In this document: positions 38,750 to 50,753 of the stretch, in pieces
How the letters are laid out: each line of letters opens with the position of its first letter
How positions within the stretch are numbered: position 1 is the first letter of the stretch
Assembly: GCA_008632985.1 (NCBI GenBank)
Contig: QPGO01000037.1
Coordinates: forward strand, 62,001-126,000
From: Psammoneis japonica
Taxonomy: Eukaryota
DNA length: 64,000 nucleotides
Direction of reading: 5' to 3'
Notes under the pieces: model-generated
What the model was told of the DNA's origin: nothing
What the model saw: the letters and a program-made list of their open reading frames with translations, nothing else
The model's database searches: none
Position numbers and translations under genes: made by a program

Positions 38750-41700
38750 CTGCCAACATGAGCAGAGCAAGCAATGGGTGCTCAGCATCCAACAAGGAGG
38801 TTAGAACATCACAAATCAAGCAAAAAAAAACATCAATGAGTCTGGCTGCCAATGTGCATGCCAAAACAGGAATCCAAGACTTGGCATTGGCTCCTTGTCA
38901 TTTGTGGGACTCCTTGTTCCCTCCCCAGCCATCGGAAAACCAGCACTGTGCAAAAGATCCAAAAGCTTGCTTCAACCACAGTGTTGCCCACCAACAATGT
39001 GTGGTCCTTGTGGAAAATCCACAGAGGGCCATGGACATCTTGGAATGGCCACTGCCAAAAACGAAAAGCAGTCCTGTTGTTTTCACAATTCACCAGGGTC
39101 ACATGCACTCATTTGTGAAAGCCCTGATTGTCAATCTGTGGCTTCATGTCTCCACAGTGCAGCAAGTCCTGTTTGCTGTTGCCAGACAGCAATTTGCAAA
39201 GTTTTGGTGTGAGAACAGAATGGTGCTTTTTGCTTTGGGCAATTTAAAGTGTTCTTGTTTTGACAGCTTCTGCTGCTGATTGCATTGTTGTCATTTAGAA
39301 TTCCTCCCACGAGTGGGTTGAAATCTTGATGGCACATGTCAACATTTTGTCTTCCCAGCTTTCTTCCTGTTTTTCTTCTGAAATGGGCTCCTGCCTTGTG
39401 CTTGGTTTTCCATGATTCATGCATCATTTTCTGCATGGTCAGCACTGGCAAAACAGTGGGGCAAGATTTGGCAAAAGATTCAAATTCTTTCTGGAGATCA
39501 CTTTGTTTGCTGCTGTCCCTGAAGTGCTTTTGGTTTTGTCAAACCACCTGTTGGAAGTGCAGAATGAACAAATGCCATCAATCCTGCCCACCTCTGACCC
39601 CCATGCACTGGTCAAGGCATTTGTGGTGGCAAGAGCTGCACCCTTTTGAGTGATGAGGATGCAAAAGTGGTGTCTTGCAACAATCATTTCCCCTTTTCCT
39701 TTGAAGCCTTGTCCAAGCAAGTGAACAAGTGATGCTTTCAAAGCAAAGGTTGGTTCATTGTTCCCTCACAGAACTTTGCAGTGACCCAACAATGGATGCA
39801 CAGTCTTGGCACAGCAATTTGGTGCTGACAGTCCCTTTGCAGCATCATTTGCAATCACTCCAGTTTTACAACAGACAACCCATGCACCTCTGGATGATGC
39901 CACCTGATGGCAATGCATCCAAAAATGGCTCTGTCCACATCTTTTTGTGGCTTCTCTTTCCCTCACCTGATGATCGCTCCAAAAGGGCCAGGGAAAGCTC
40001 ACAATTTTTCTGTTGTGACAGAAGAGTGCAAGTGCAAGTTGTTTGGCTTCATTCCACAATGCAGTGCAACAGATTGCCAAAAAGGCATGTTGGCTGCATC
40101 AGCCAAATCAACACCAATTGCTGTTCACTCCAGCAGAACAACAATGGAGATGTGGTGCCCCGCCAAAATGAACTCTGCACCCTCATCACAAACTGCAAAG
40201 AGGACAGCTCTGGCTGTTGGCTTGCACTCTTGAGCTGCTTTCAAGACTCTGCCACAATGACCTGATCCATCTGTCAAGGCTTTTGCTCTCTAAATTTGAT
40301 GCACTGGCTGACAAATGAGACAAAGAAGTCACAGATTTCTGGGTTGTGGACTGCCTTGCAGCCAAAAGAAGCAGTCTGCACCTTCAGAACCACCATGATG
40401 CACTGGTTTGCCAAATCAAACTCCACATCACCATGTGGAGATGGGGAAAGCTCTTGTCAACAATGCACTGTGACAGATCTGAGTTCTTGAGAGCTTGCCC
40501 AGCTTTGGACACACCCACAGATCCAAGTCACCACATTTGTTGTGAACTCTTCCTGATGCTGTGTCTGTGACTTGGCCTCATTTTTAAACTGCTGTGGCCA
40601 CTGCACAACAGAAATGGCACTCTTGATGAGAAAAGGCATCTCTTGAACAAAAGAGCAATGTAGAAAGAGAAAATGCATGCAAGCCAAACAGGTGCAAGAA
40701 ATGTGCAAAGACTCAACAAACGCACAGCATGAGTGGCAACACATGTGGATGGTTGATGGTGGTGATGCAACAGAAGCAACATCATCAGTGCAAGCCTTCA
40801 ACAAGAATTTTTGCCACAACCCAAGCATGCAAAGCTGAACATTCTCAAGCTTGTCTCACATCTCATGATGAAATGCACCCCAGATTCTGTTGGATTGCCC
40901 AAATTTTTGCCTCAGAGACAACCACATTTTTGAAATGTGCAAAACACCATTGTCTGCACAATTTTGTGTGTCACAATGTTTTAAGATGTGAGCCAGAAAA
41001 CACTCCCAAAACCTGTTCTGCATGGCAACCATGCCTGTCAGGGAGCATCAACCATGACATCAGGCAGCCCCAACCCTCCATGTGCATGTGCCTCTGCTGC
41101 AGTGCATTGGCCCAGCACGGTGGATGGTCACAGCCAGCATGTGTGCAGGGCCCCTGTGTGTGAGTGCCACCAAGGGCAACAGATGGAGGGGCCATTGGCG
41201 GTGCAGATGGCCATCACATTTGATGGCTCATGCCATGTTTGGGCCTGTGGCAAGGTGCGCAGTGTGCAGACCATGGAGACTCTTTTTTCTCCATTTTGCT
41301 GCCAAAACACTGTGTTGCACAAACTTGCTCGTTGTTTGTGACATGTTTTTTCCAGTGTGACTTTTCATGTGCAATTCATGACAAATTGTCTTTGCACAAA
41401 GCTGAGTGCATTGTTTTTCAACATTCCATGCTGGCAACCCTGATTTTTCATGAGTTGAGCATGTCTGAGCACACACTTGAGCTTGAATGAGTGGTTGAAC
41501 ACATTTGAGCACAACAAACCAAACACTGTTGTAAAGCAGGATGTCAGTTGCTGGCAGATCTGGCAGTCAGCAGAGTGCAGCAGCCTCATGGCAGCCAAGC
41601 ATGAAAACCACCAAGTCATCAGCGCCAGAAGATTTGTTCAAACTGCTGCGCAAAGATGAAACAGGCTGTTTTGCACTGCTCAGCAAGGGTCAAACAATGG

Positions 41701-44700
41701 CTCTCTGCTGTTCTCCATGTCTTTGGTGTGGTGAAAGAAAGGCAGTTGGCAATTCAAATGAGCACAGTTGAGCATGTTGAGCACATGGCGGCACACTCAA
41801 GCACATTTGAGAACAGTTGGAGATGATTTGAGCACAGTTGGGCATCAGCAAACCGGCAATGACATCAATCATCAGCAGAAGTGAGAACAAGAAACAAACA
41901 AACAAACATTTTCATTTTAACAAAGGTTTGTAATTTTGATGCCCCCCACGCATCTTTGTGAGTGAGTGCCAGCAAAAAACTGAGTTGAGCCCTTGTTTTT
42001 GCCATGTGATGAGTGGCCATTTTTGCCTCACACCACTTGCACACCAGCCCAAAACTGGCCATTTCTTCCCATTTTCTGGCTTTTCAGCATCCAAATGACT
42101 TCTTTGATGACAGTTGGTTGTGAAATGGGCTTGAGATTCACTCTCCATCCTTGTGAGCCCATGTGTCGACTGTTGCACCACATGTGAATCTCATCAGAAA
42201 GATGCCAAAATTGCAAAGTTCAAGTTTGCAAGAGCTGTGCCAAACGACAAATGCATGAGAGAACATGCAGTCTCTCTCCATGAACAAGTCAAGGGGAGTG
42301 CAAATGAGTGGTCCAAAGAATTTGTCATGCAAAATGCTCAAGTTTCCATCATCCGGGAGAGGGTTGAAGTTGGCTGGGGAACTTTGGCAATTTGCGCAGA
42401 AAACATGTCAAGTTCCATGCACGCAGAATCTGGCCCATTTTTGCAGCCATGCCACCCCAATCTAGCTTCTAAAGTTGCGCCTCATTTGTGCAATGGCTCA
42501 ATTTGGTGCCCCGCACATTTCTGCATGTCAAGTGCCAGAAGAAATTTTCAGCACATCTCCAAAACCATCAACACAACAAGCAGCGCCATTCGTTGACCAT
42601 GCCAACGGGGTTCATGGCATGGCATCTTCTCAGAAGAAGGACAGCACATTCACTGCAGCACATCATGAGGCATCTGTGAGTGTCACAGCAGATGTGCTGA
42701 CATGCTTGTTGAGACCACACAGCTGCTTCATTTTGAAGCAATCTTGCTGGTGCCATTTTTTTGCATCCTTGTCTTTTCATTCACAAACAGGGTGTCCAAT
42801 GGCCAAGTGGTTGTTCAACATGTTTGCAGCAGGGCCAGCACCCACCAGAATCATGTCAGATTTACACGAATGCCCTGCAGCAAGTGTCACAGCAGATGCA
42901 TGATTGACACACTTTTAGATGCTGTGCAACTGCTCCATCGAGGAGCAATCTCAAAGGTGTCTTTGTTGCCTCATTTGCTGTGCAGGGTGTCAAACGGGTG
43001 TTGAGTTGTCAATGTGTTCACAGTTGCACCTGCCAGTTTCCCACCCCCCATCAACATTAAACCCCTGAAGGGACGGTGCTCCCAGTCTTTCATCTCTTCG
43101 ATTTTCTTCTTCTTGTGGAAACTTGCCACTGTCTCAGACTCCGGAGCCTTTTTGCCATCCTTGAAGGAAAGTTGTGCGACTTCTTGATGGATCAGTTGTT
43201 CTCAAAACATGATTGTCATCAAAGAGGAAGTTCCAGAGTTGGGGCCCACCTGTGCAAGTCAACAGAGTTGGGCCAATTTAGACTCGAAATGACATGGATT
43301 GCAATTTCTGTTGCGCTGACATCATTGTTTCTGAGCAATCCATTGACTGCGAAGTTGTTGCTTCTCACTGCATTGACTTCAAAACCAGTTGAAATTTCAG
43401 CAGGTGTGCAATGTTCACAGCTCCTGAACATTGGAGCCGCAAGCTTTCCAAAGATCTCATCCAGTTGCTCACTTGCGCCCAAGTGTGCATCAATGTCATT
43501 GGCAATTGGCTGCAGTTGCTGACTTCTCCTTGCAGGAACAAGCCATGACAAAACAAGTGCCATGCTGGTGACAGCATCAACTTGCAGCTGGAACATTCGC
43601 ATCAAATTAAAAAGCTTCAAAATTAAGAAGCAGCTGCATTTTTGTGCAAGGGATGATGGCATGTGATGTGCACATCTTTGCAAGACAATTTCTTGATGTC
43701 AGGTCCAAGTCTTGCAAAGAACAGTTAAATCTCATTTTTGCATTTAAAACACAGACAACCATGTTCAATGGCAATGGGCAGCTGGAGAAAACTGAAACAA
43801 CATCTGAGCCCAAACACACATGGACAGAAGTGGCAGCAATTGAAGATTGTCATGGCAGCAAAAACAGTTTGATTGCTTGGTTTTTTCATCATTTTTTCGA
43901 TCAACTCAACACATGGGTTGGAAAAGGACTCAGTTTGGTTTTTCACTGTGCCGGCACATGTAAGATGAATGTGACAATGTCTGTCCTGGCACACAACTGC
44001 AGCATTTTCCTTTTTGAGTGGTCATTGGTGGTCAACAAAATGCATGGCAGCAGTGAATCTGCACAGATTTGGGTGTGCCAGGCCATGTAGAAAGTGAACG
44101 GGTTGAAGCACACATGGCCGACGGCCCATGGCCATGTTGCTGACACATGCTGCAGTTTCTCCAACCTCTGGCATGACAGGAGAAAAGTTGTTTTTTTGTG
44201 GCCATGGACACGCAAGAACACAAAATTGAATTTTGTGTCTGGAATGGATGACACCTTGAACCTGGTCAATGTCATTGTGCCCTGATGTGAATCCCCAGGC
44301 AGCTTGTCTTGGTTCAGTGGCAGCATGGAACAGACTGGCTTGTCCATCCTCCTGGCACTGGGGTGGGGTGTTTGGTTGGAGCTGATCTGGGATGAGGAAA
44401 TTCATGAGCCTCTGAGGCAGAGGGTGAGTTGCACACAACTTGCAACAAATTGGTTTTGTTCAAAGCTGCACAAAGCTTTCAACATTCCATGCCATGAACC
44501 CCAATCATTCAAAAGTCTTGATGCCCCAGACTCCAAGCCAAGCAACAAGAGGAGGCTGCTGCCTGGTCAAGTTGTGGGGGCCATCACTGAAGAAGACCAG
44601 CAAGGGACAGATGGGGGGGCAAGGATGGAGGGCAGATGGACACAACAAGATCCCAGACATGCATGACTGACCCACACATTCTTCCCTTGCCAGTCAGCAT

Positions 44701-47100
44701 CAGAGGGGTTGCAACCATGGCAAACCACAGCAGCCATTTCTCATTGCGAAATTCCCCACCACGTGCCCACCCCAGCTGCTGCTTTTGCACAGTGCCAGGT
44801 GTCCCACATCTGGTCTGGGCTGTGCAGCTGCTGCAAACTTTCAAACTCACACACCTGGGGCAGCTCCCACTGACTGGTTGCTGCTTCTGCATCACAACTG
44901 CTGCTCTGCCCATTGCACATGCATCATTGAGGCACTGATCCCCTGAGGCAGGAGTGACTGGGAATCTCCAATGTCACCCCCCATGAAACCCAATGTGTGC
45001 CCAATGCTCTTTCTCCAAACTTGACCAGCTCAACAGTGTTTCCTGAATGTGCATTTCAGCTGTCCCAAATTGCCTCCTTGGTCAGTTCAAATTTGTTCAG
45101 GAGGGAATCTTCTGTTGGAAAATGGTCATGACATGTCGACATGCTGCGCAAGTTTCTCATGGAAGATGTGTCAGCATTGTTTGTGCAGAGTGCAGAAATG
45201 GGCTTGAAAAAGAGTTTGGTTGACACTTCACAAACATCAATTTGACTGACCAAATTAATTTAGTTGGTCTGCAAACTTGGCGGACCAAAACATTTTGGAC
45301 CAACCAAAGTGGCAATTTGGTCCAACCAAAGTGCACATTTGGGAAACATGGATCCCAAGAAATGGCCTGTGCTGTTCAAGGTGACAAGGGACACACTTCA
45401 AAGCAGTGGCCAACCAACACAGGAGTGGTCAACAGCTCCCACTCATTCATGAGCATGGCAGAGGTTTCTAGCTGCTTTTGAGTCTTGGAAAGACTGACCA
45501 GCACAACTGAGTTGGTCACATGTGTTGCCGCATCTGACAGTGCAAAATGTGGTGCACGGAAGCTGTCACACAGACAGACTGCCACTGCGATTCTCCTTGA
45601 CACCCAACTCTGAGACCCTGTCCAAACTGGACCATGCCTGTGTGCACACCTGGTGTCATGGAGCCAAGAGCAAGCCTCTTCAAACAAATTGGTGGTTGCT
45701 GGCCCTGTGCATGACACAATTTTGGGCCATGCCAACTTCAGCAAGGAACTTTGTTCTGGCCAGAACAGCATTTCCTTGAAAACATCATGCCCCAAACACC
45801 ACACCCCCAAGTTGAGACACAAAACAACCCAGAAGCAACTTTTTTGATGCAACAAAAGTGAACATGGCTGCATCTTGTCCAAGGACAACCCACAACCTTG
45901 TCACACATTGTGCACTTGCTGTGTTTGGGGTGCATTGCACGCTGTTCTTGTCTCATCACAATGCAGCATTTTTCCTTGACATTCTCTCAAACAACAAATG
46001 GCAGATGCTTGTGCAGTGAAGTTGTTCACACACAAGCCATGCATGAGTTTAATGTTTGCTGTGGTGATCAATTTTTGTCATTTGCTTGGCTCATTGTCAC
46101 CTTGTGTCTGCATTCTTGTCATCACAGTGGCATCATTGTTGTCATGTTTTTTTGTGTTTCATGTCACCCCAACTTCATTGATGCAGCCAGCTCAGCACCC
46201 TTGTTAAATGACAACACACTTGTGTCATGTGGATGAAGCACAGGTGTGTGCAAAAGCAAGATGCAGTTTGGAAAGCACTGCATGGGCACAAAAGTGTGAC
46301 ACCCACAAAAAGCTTCATGCTGACATCAGGCATGTGCACCAGTGTGATCCAGTTTGGACAGGGTCCAAGAGCAGAGAGTGGCAGCAGCACATTCTGGGTG
46401 GCATGACATGTCTGAATCAAGACCCTGGTGTCCAAACTAAATTGGGCCATGCCTGTGCATGCACCTGATGTCATGAAGCCTTCACGCAGATGTCACAGGG
46501 TCACACCCACCTGCAGCACAAGCAGCAAGCATGCTGATTTTGTGGGGGAGAACCGTTGAACAATTGAGTGGATGGATGTGTTTCAACAATCGCGCCTCCA
46601 CCTCAAACTGCATCATCCAAACAAATCGCCACATTGGCGGTGCTTGTGTGTGCAAGGAATTTGGTTTTGCCATTTGCTTTCTCCAAAAACTCATGCCAAG
46701 TCATTTTACATGGCCTTGGTGCAGATTCCACACAAGTGGAATTTGTGCCAAGTCTGCCCTGTTTGGCTCAGATTGCGTTTTTGGAGAAAGCGCGAGTGGT
46801 GGCAGCAAGAACCAAATTCCTTGCATGTGAAACGCAGGTTGGGCACTGATGGTTTGTTCAGATGACATGGTTTGAGGCAGAGATGTGATCATTGAAACAC
46901 ATCCATCCACTCAATTGTTCAATGATTCTCCCCCGCAAAATCAGCCTGCTCACTGCTTGTGCATTGCCCTCCAAATGGCTGCATCATGCTTTCATGCATG
47001 CCCACACTTCACCCATCATGCACAAACACATTCCTGCCCTGATTTTGTTTTTTTTTGTCACTCATGCAGGTTGATCATTTAACAAGGGTTTAAACCAACT
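38750..47100. other. Highly eroded repeat/TE-derived tract lacking both TpA and CpG
   Basis: TG/CA-saturated; no credible ORFs; 39650-39862 is homologous to 11940-12160; internal direct and inverted repeats at 45600-46965. Confidence 0.7.
46515..46965. repeat. Long imperfect inverted repeat (foldback/MITE-like), arms ~185 bp
   Basis: GCTGATTTTGTGGGGGAGAA..TTGAACAATTGAGTGGATGGATGTGTTTCAA near 46535-46585 is mirrored at 46892-46945; mirror ORFs both begin MDGCVS. Confidence 0.85.
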
Positions 47101-47451
47101 GCATCGATGAAGTTGGAATGAAACAGAACAAAAACACACGACGAGAACTGCGCCACCATGACGACGAGAACGCAGGCACACCACAAAGGCGACATGAGAG
47201 ACATCCACGAATGAGAGGAAGACGGGAATGAAACTACTGAGCTACGTACGCGATGGTATCAAATGTACAGTGTCGCATTTGACTATCAGTGAAAGAGAAC
47301 CCAATTCAAATTCACCGATTTTCAAAATAATATCAGTTGATTTCCAACGGAATAAGAAACACACGCAAGAGAAAGAGACAAAGACATCATTCATCAGCCA
47401 CTTTCGGTGTGCATGTGATGAAGACACAAAGTGCTTTGAGCGAGAACCATC

Positions 47452-48447
47452 ATGAAACTTCACCGTCTCATACTGGACGCCGCAGGGCCCAACCCCGAAT
47501 ACGATTGGTCAAACGTTTTGACAAGAATCGATTCTCATCCCGAAGAAGCAAAACATCAGATTCATTCGGTGACTTCGGCTCTTTGCCTGGCCATCTTCCA
47601 TGGCGGTCCTGTTGAGATTGTGGATGCTCTTGTCAAGACTTGTCCAGAAGCAGTGTCGATAAGTTATACGGAAACAGCATATGGATATCGTATTGGTACC
47701 GTGGTCGAAAACCCTAATGGATTGACGGCGTTGCATTTTGCTGCCCGATTCTCGCCTCCTCAAGTGCTATTGAGACTCCTTCCGTACTACCCAGAACATG
47801 TCCTGCGATCAGAAAGTAACTACCTTTCTCCCTTAGGGTACTTGTATAAGTATCACTTTGGGCCACAATCGAAATCAAAGGCAACGGACGAGAGCCGTGC
47901 AAGAGCCTTGACCAACGCAGGCGTTCTTGCTCGAGCAAGAGGTGATTCACAGAAAGATGTTGAACACTCGTCTTTCATTCTTCATGATTTGGTGAAATAT
48001 ATGAATCATATGGAAGGCACCGAGTTGATTCGCTATGCTGCAGAAAAGCGCCGGGGAGAGCTCTGTCGTGTTGATTCAGACGGAAACACGGCTCTACATA
48101 TTGTTTGTGCCGTTGACGGAACCAAACCCGACAGTGCAGGTCTCTCGACCAATGCTATTAAGATTCTTGCTTCTGCATGCCCTAAAGCCGCGGAAATCAA
48201 AAACAACAAGAATGAGCTTCCGTTGGCTGTAGCTGTTAGGAACGTCAAGGACCAACACTTGGAATGTCTCGTTCGGGCTAATGCTGCCGCCGTACATCAA
48301 GTCGATCAAGCAACAGGACTTTATCCTTTCATGACTGCAGCAAGTATTATCGGTTCAGACAAGAGAAGTAAGGCACGACACGTTTCTACGATTTATACAC
48401 TTCTTCGTGCTTGTCCCGAGCTGCATCGCATGGATACTGGGAGCTAG
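47452..48447 (+). CDS. Ankyrin-repeat-like protein (diatom expanded family)
   Basis: NGLTALHFAA, DGNTALHIVCA, NELPLAVAV, C-terminal DQATGLYPFMTAA..STIYTLLRACPE; normal TA and Tyr content. Confidence 0.8.
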   Translation: MKLHRLILDAAGPNPEYDWSNVLTRIDSHPEEAKHQIHSVTSALCLAIFHGGPVEIVDALVKTCPEAVSISYTETAYGYRIGTVVENPNGLTALHFAARFSPPQVLLRLLPYYPEHVLRSESNYLSPLGYLYKYHFGPQSKSKATDESRARALTNAGVLARARGDSQKDVEHSSFILHDLVKYMNHMEGTELIRYAAEKRRGELCRVDSDGNTALHIVCAVDGTKPDSAGLSTNAIKILASACPKAAEIKNNKNELPLAVAVRNVKDQHLECLVRANAAAVHQVDQATGLYPFMTAASIIGSDKRSKARHVSTIYTLLRACPELHRMDTGS

Positions 48448-48603
48448 AAGTTTTTTCGGTTCAGTCGAGCAACAAGCTTCGTGATTACAAGGAGAGAACA
48501 CCGTTTTTCTGGCATCGAATTTGCGAGCAACAACATCTATAAAATACATTTTTCAATCAATATTTTTGCAAACTACTTAGACAACCCCCCCCCCTTTTAC
48601 ACA

Positions 48604-50340
48604 TTACGGCCATTCAATGTTGAGAAAGCTTCGGATTCGGCATCTTCCAATGGGGCACGCTCCACCTCTAGCTTGGTCAAGCAATCGTCATTGGCACACT
48701 CTTGGCAAAAAGCAACACGTGACCACAGGGAACAACCGCGTGCGATCGTGTTCCCTCCAGGCGAATGACACGCGGTTGTTGATCCATGGGCGATCCAATC
48801 ACTTTTTGGGCTCGAAAGAAACGGCATTGTCGAATCGGGCAACCTGAAGAACGACGGAAAAGAGGAAAAGTGTAAGGCCCCAAAGACAAAGAACATCCAA
48901 ACAACCACGACATGGTTTTGTACATCAGACTTACACCGATCGAGTCGCACGAGGCAATCCATGTCGGCGCAGTCATGGCACAACACCACGTGGCCACAAG
49001 GAACCAACGCGTGAGACAGTTTGCCCTCGAGACAGACACAGCACGTGTTGAGCATCGCATGCAGCGAGGGTAACGGTGAAAATGAATTGTCCTGGCGCCG
49101 ACGTTTTTGTGGAGGCATCTCTTGTTGCATGTCGTCATCTTCTGCAATGTCACGCTTTTTGGCTGCTCCACTCGCCGCAAGCAGTTCTTGAATGGGAGCC
49201 TCCAGATTGCAATCCATGGACAAGCAGCATCCTTGTCTGTGTGTTTCGGTGGCCACCATGCTTGGTGTTGCCGTAGTCTTTGTTTGTTCTTGTGCTGTGC
49301 ACATCCGGGGCAGACTTTGAGCAGCACGCACAACTTTTTGCCAAGATCAAAGGTTCGTGCTCCCCAGACAGAGGGCAAAATGAATGGGCAAACTGCTGTT
49401 GCGGTTCTCAACTTGCACACTTTTGGGATGGGATGCCACGAGGCACTGAATTGTCATGAGACTGGCGTTTTCTTGTTGAAGAGCCAAATGCAATGCAAGG
49501 CAGCTGTCACATGGTCTAGATGAGTGAGTGCATTGGGGGACAGGCACTGAACAACAACTTGAGAGCAGCCTGCTTGGCACTGGCTTGGACAAAGCAGTGA
49601 AGTGGCAATTGACAATTCATGTCTGGAGAGGCGCGCAGCAGCAGCCAACAAGAAGGGAGATGGCAGCAAGTCACTTGTGGTCAGCAGCTGTGCAACTTTG
49701 AGAGAATTGTCACAACCGGCAGCTGCATGGAGTGACAGCATGAGAAGCAGAGCAAATTGGACACAATGTGCTTCATCTTGTTCAACAACAATGACTCAGA
49801 GGTTTCATTTTTTCACCTGACAACACGTTTCGACACTTGCAATCTACCGTGACCTGCCTGCATCATTGAGTGTCAAATGATGCTGGGCAAGAGTTTGTTT
49901 TGCACCACCAGCACAAGCACTGGTCAACTCATTCTGATGGCATTCTTTTCTCATTGCTGTTTTTCAATCTCTGATTGAATTGCCATGACAAGATCATTGG
50001 ACCACACATGATGCTGGCATTGTCTTTGATGAATCAAGTCTTGAGCGACACTTGTTTTGCAGGGACAAATGGACAGCAGAGTTTCAATCAAAGCCAGGGG
50101 TGTTGAGGCCACTTGCAGTGTGGCAATGAGCAGCAGGTTGCTGCCACTGTTGTCCACAAGGTTGACCTTGTTTGGAAACTGTTCCACACGTCAGATGGCC
50201 AGTTGGTGGAATTTGGATCGAATCAATTTGCAAAGCTGCAGTGTGCCTGCAGCTTGATTGTTCAGTGCCACTGATGCCACTGCTGACATGGCTGACAGAC
50301 CCATTTTGCTTGTCATCATTGCAAAACACACATCATGATC
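48604..50340 (-). pseudogene. Ankyrin-like plus two RING-HC fingers (E3 ligase-like) pseudogene; 5' two-thirds TA/CG-eroded
   Basis: NLLLIAT, LHAAAG, LALHLAL, LPIHFAL repeats; CCVCLEGKLSHALVPCGHVVLCHDC and a second RING SHAVVPCGHVLL..CQEC; GT-AG intron ~48845-48935; stops and frameshifts; start approximate. Confidence 0.7.
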
Positions 50341-50753
50341 CCACACCACTGGTGCCGCCTCACATCACACAAAAGAACTCAAACAAATTGTTCTTTTTTG
50401 CCTTGCAACACCGCAGTGGCTGCAATGTTTCTTCTTGTTCAAATGAGAACAACCGCTTGTGCAACATGTTGACAACAACACAAACACGGAATCTCCCTCG
50501 GAAAACAGATTGTTTCGACAAGATTTCGATTCAAGAAGCGAAGACAAATCCAGAATGTGATGTCATCTAAATTGGATCTTCACAGAAACAGCCAGTCAGA
50601 CATGTTGAATATATGATACAGACAAACAGACAACATGGTTGTTTTGCTCGATGATCGCGGCGGCGTGCGTTCGTCACCGCGACGAAGGAAACACCAACAA
50701 CATCGTGTTGACACTGTTGATCTCTCAGCACAGACTCTGTGTTTTACGTAACC

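Larger units (their letters stand above)
32563..38750 (-). mobile_element. 5' part of the Ambal-like non-LTR retrotransposon (ORF1, then APE and RT of ORF2)
   Basis: See ORF features; contiguous with 16800-19901 once the nested element is removed (~9.3 kb total); 5' end placed where CpG content collapses. Confidence 0.88.

Noticed and set aside
16800..38750. Alternative genetic code or foreign/viral DNA
   Set aside because: TA loss affects all frames, non-coding parts and several unrelated TE classes, and recognisable motifs translate in the standard code.
41000..41500. Possible KDZ-type transposase relic (TVDGH.., CDFSCAIH resembling YDxAC)
   Set aside because: Motifs are too short and eroded to support a call without a profile search.
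12490..47100. Classical RIP or CpG deamination alone as the cause of TG/CA richness
   Set aside because: RIP raises TpA, and C->T changes cannot turn Tyr codons into His/Cys. The LINE keeps CG while losing TA.
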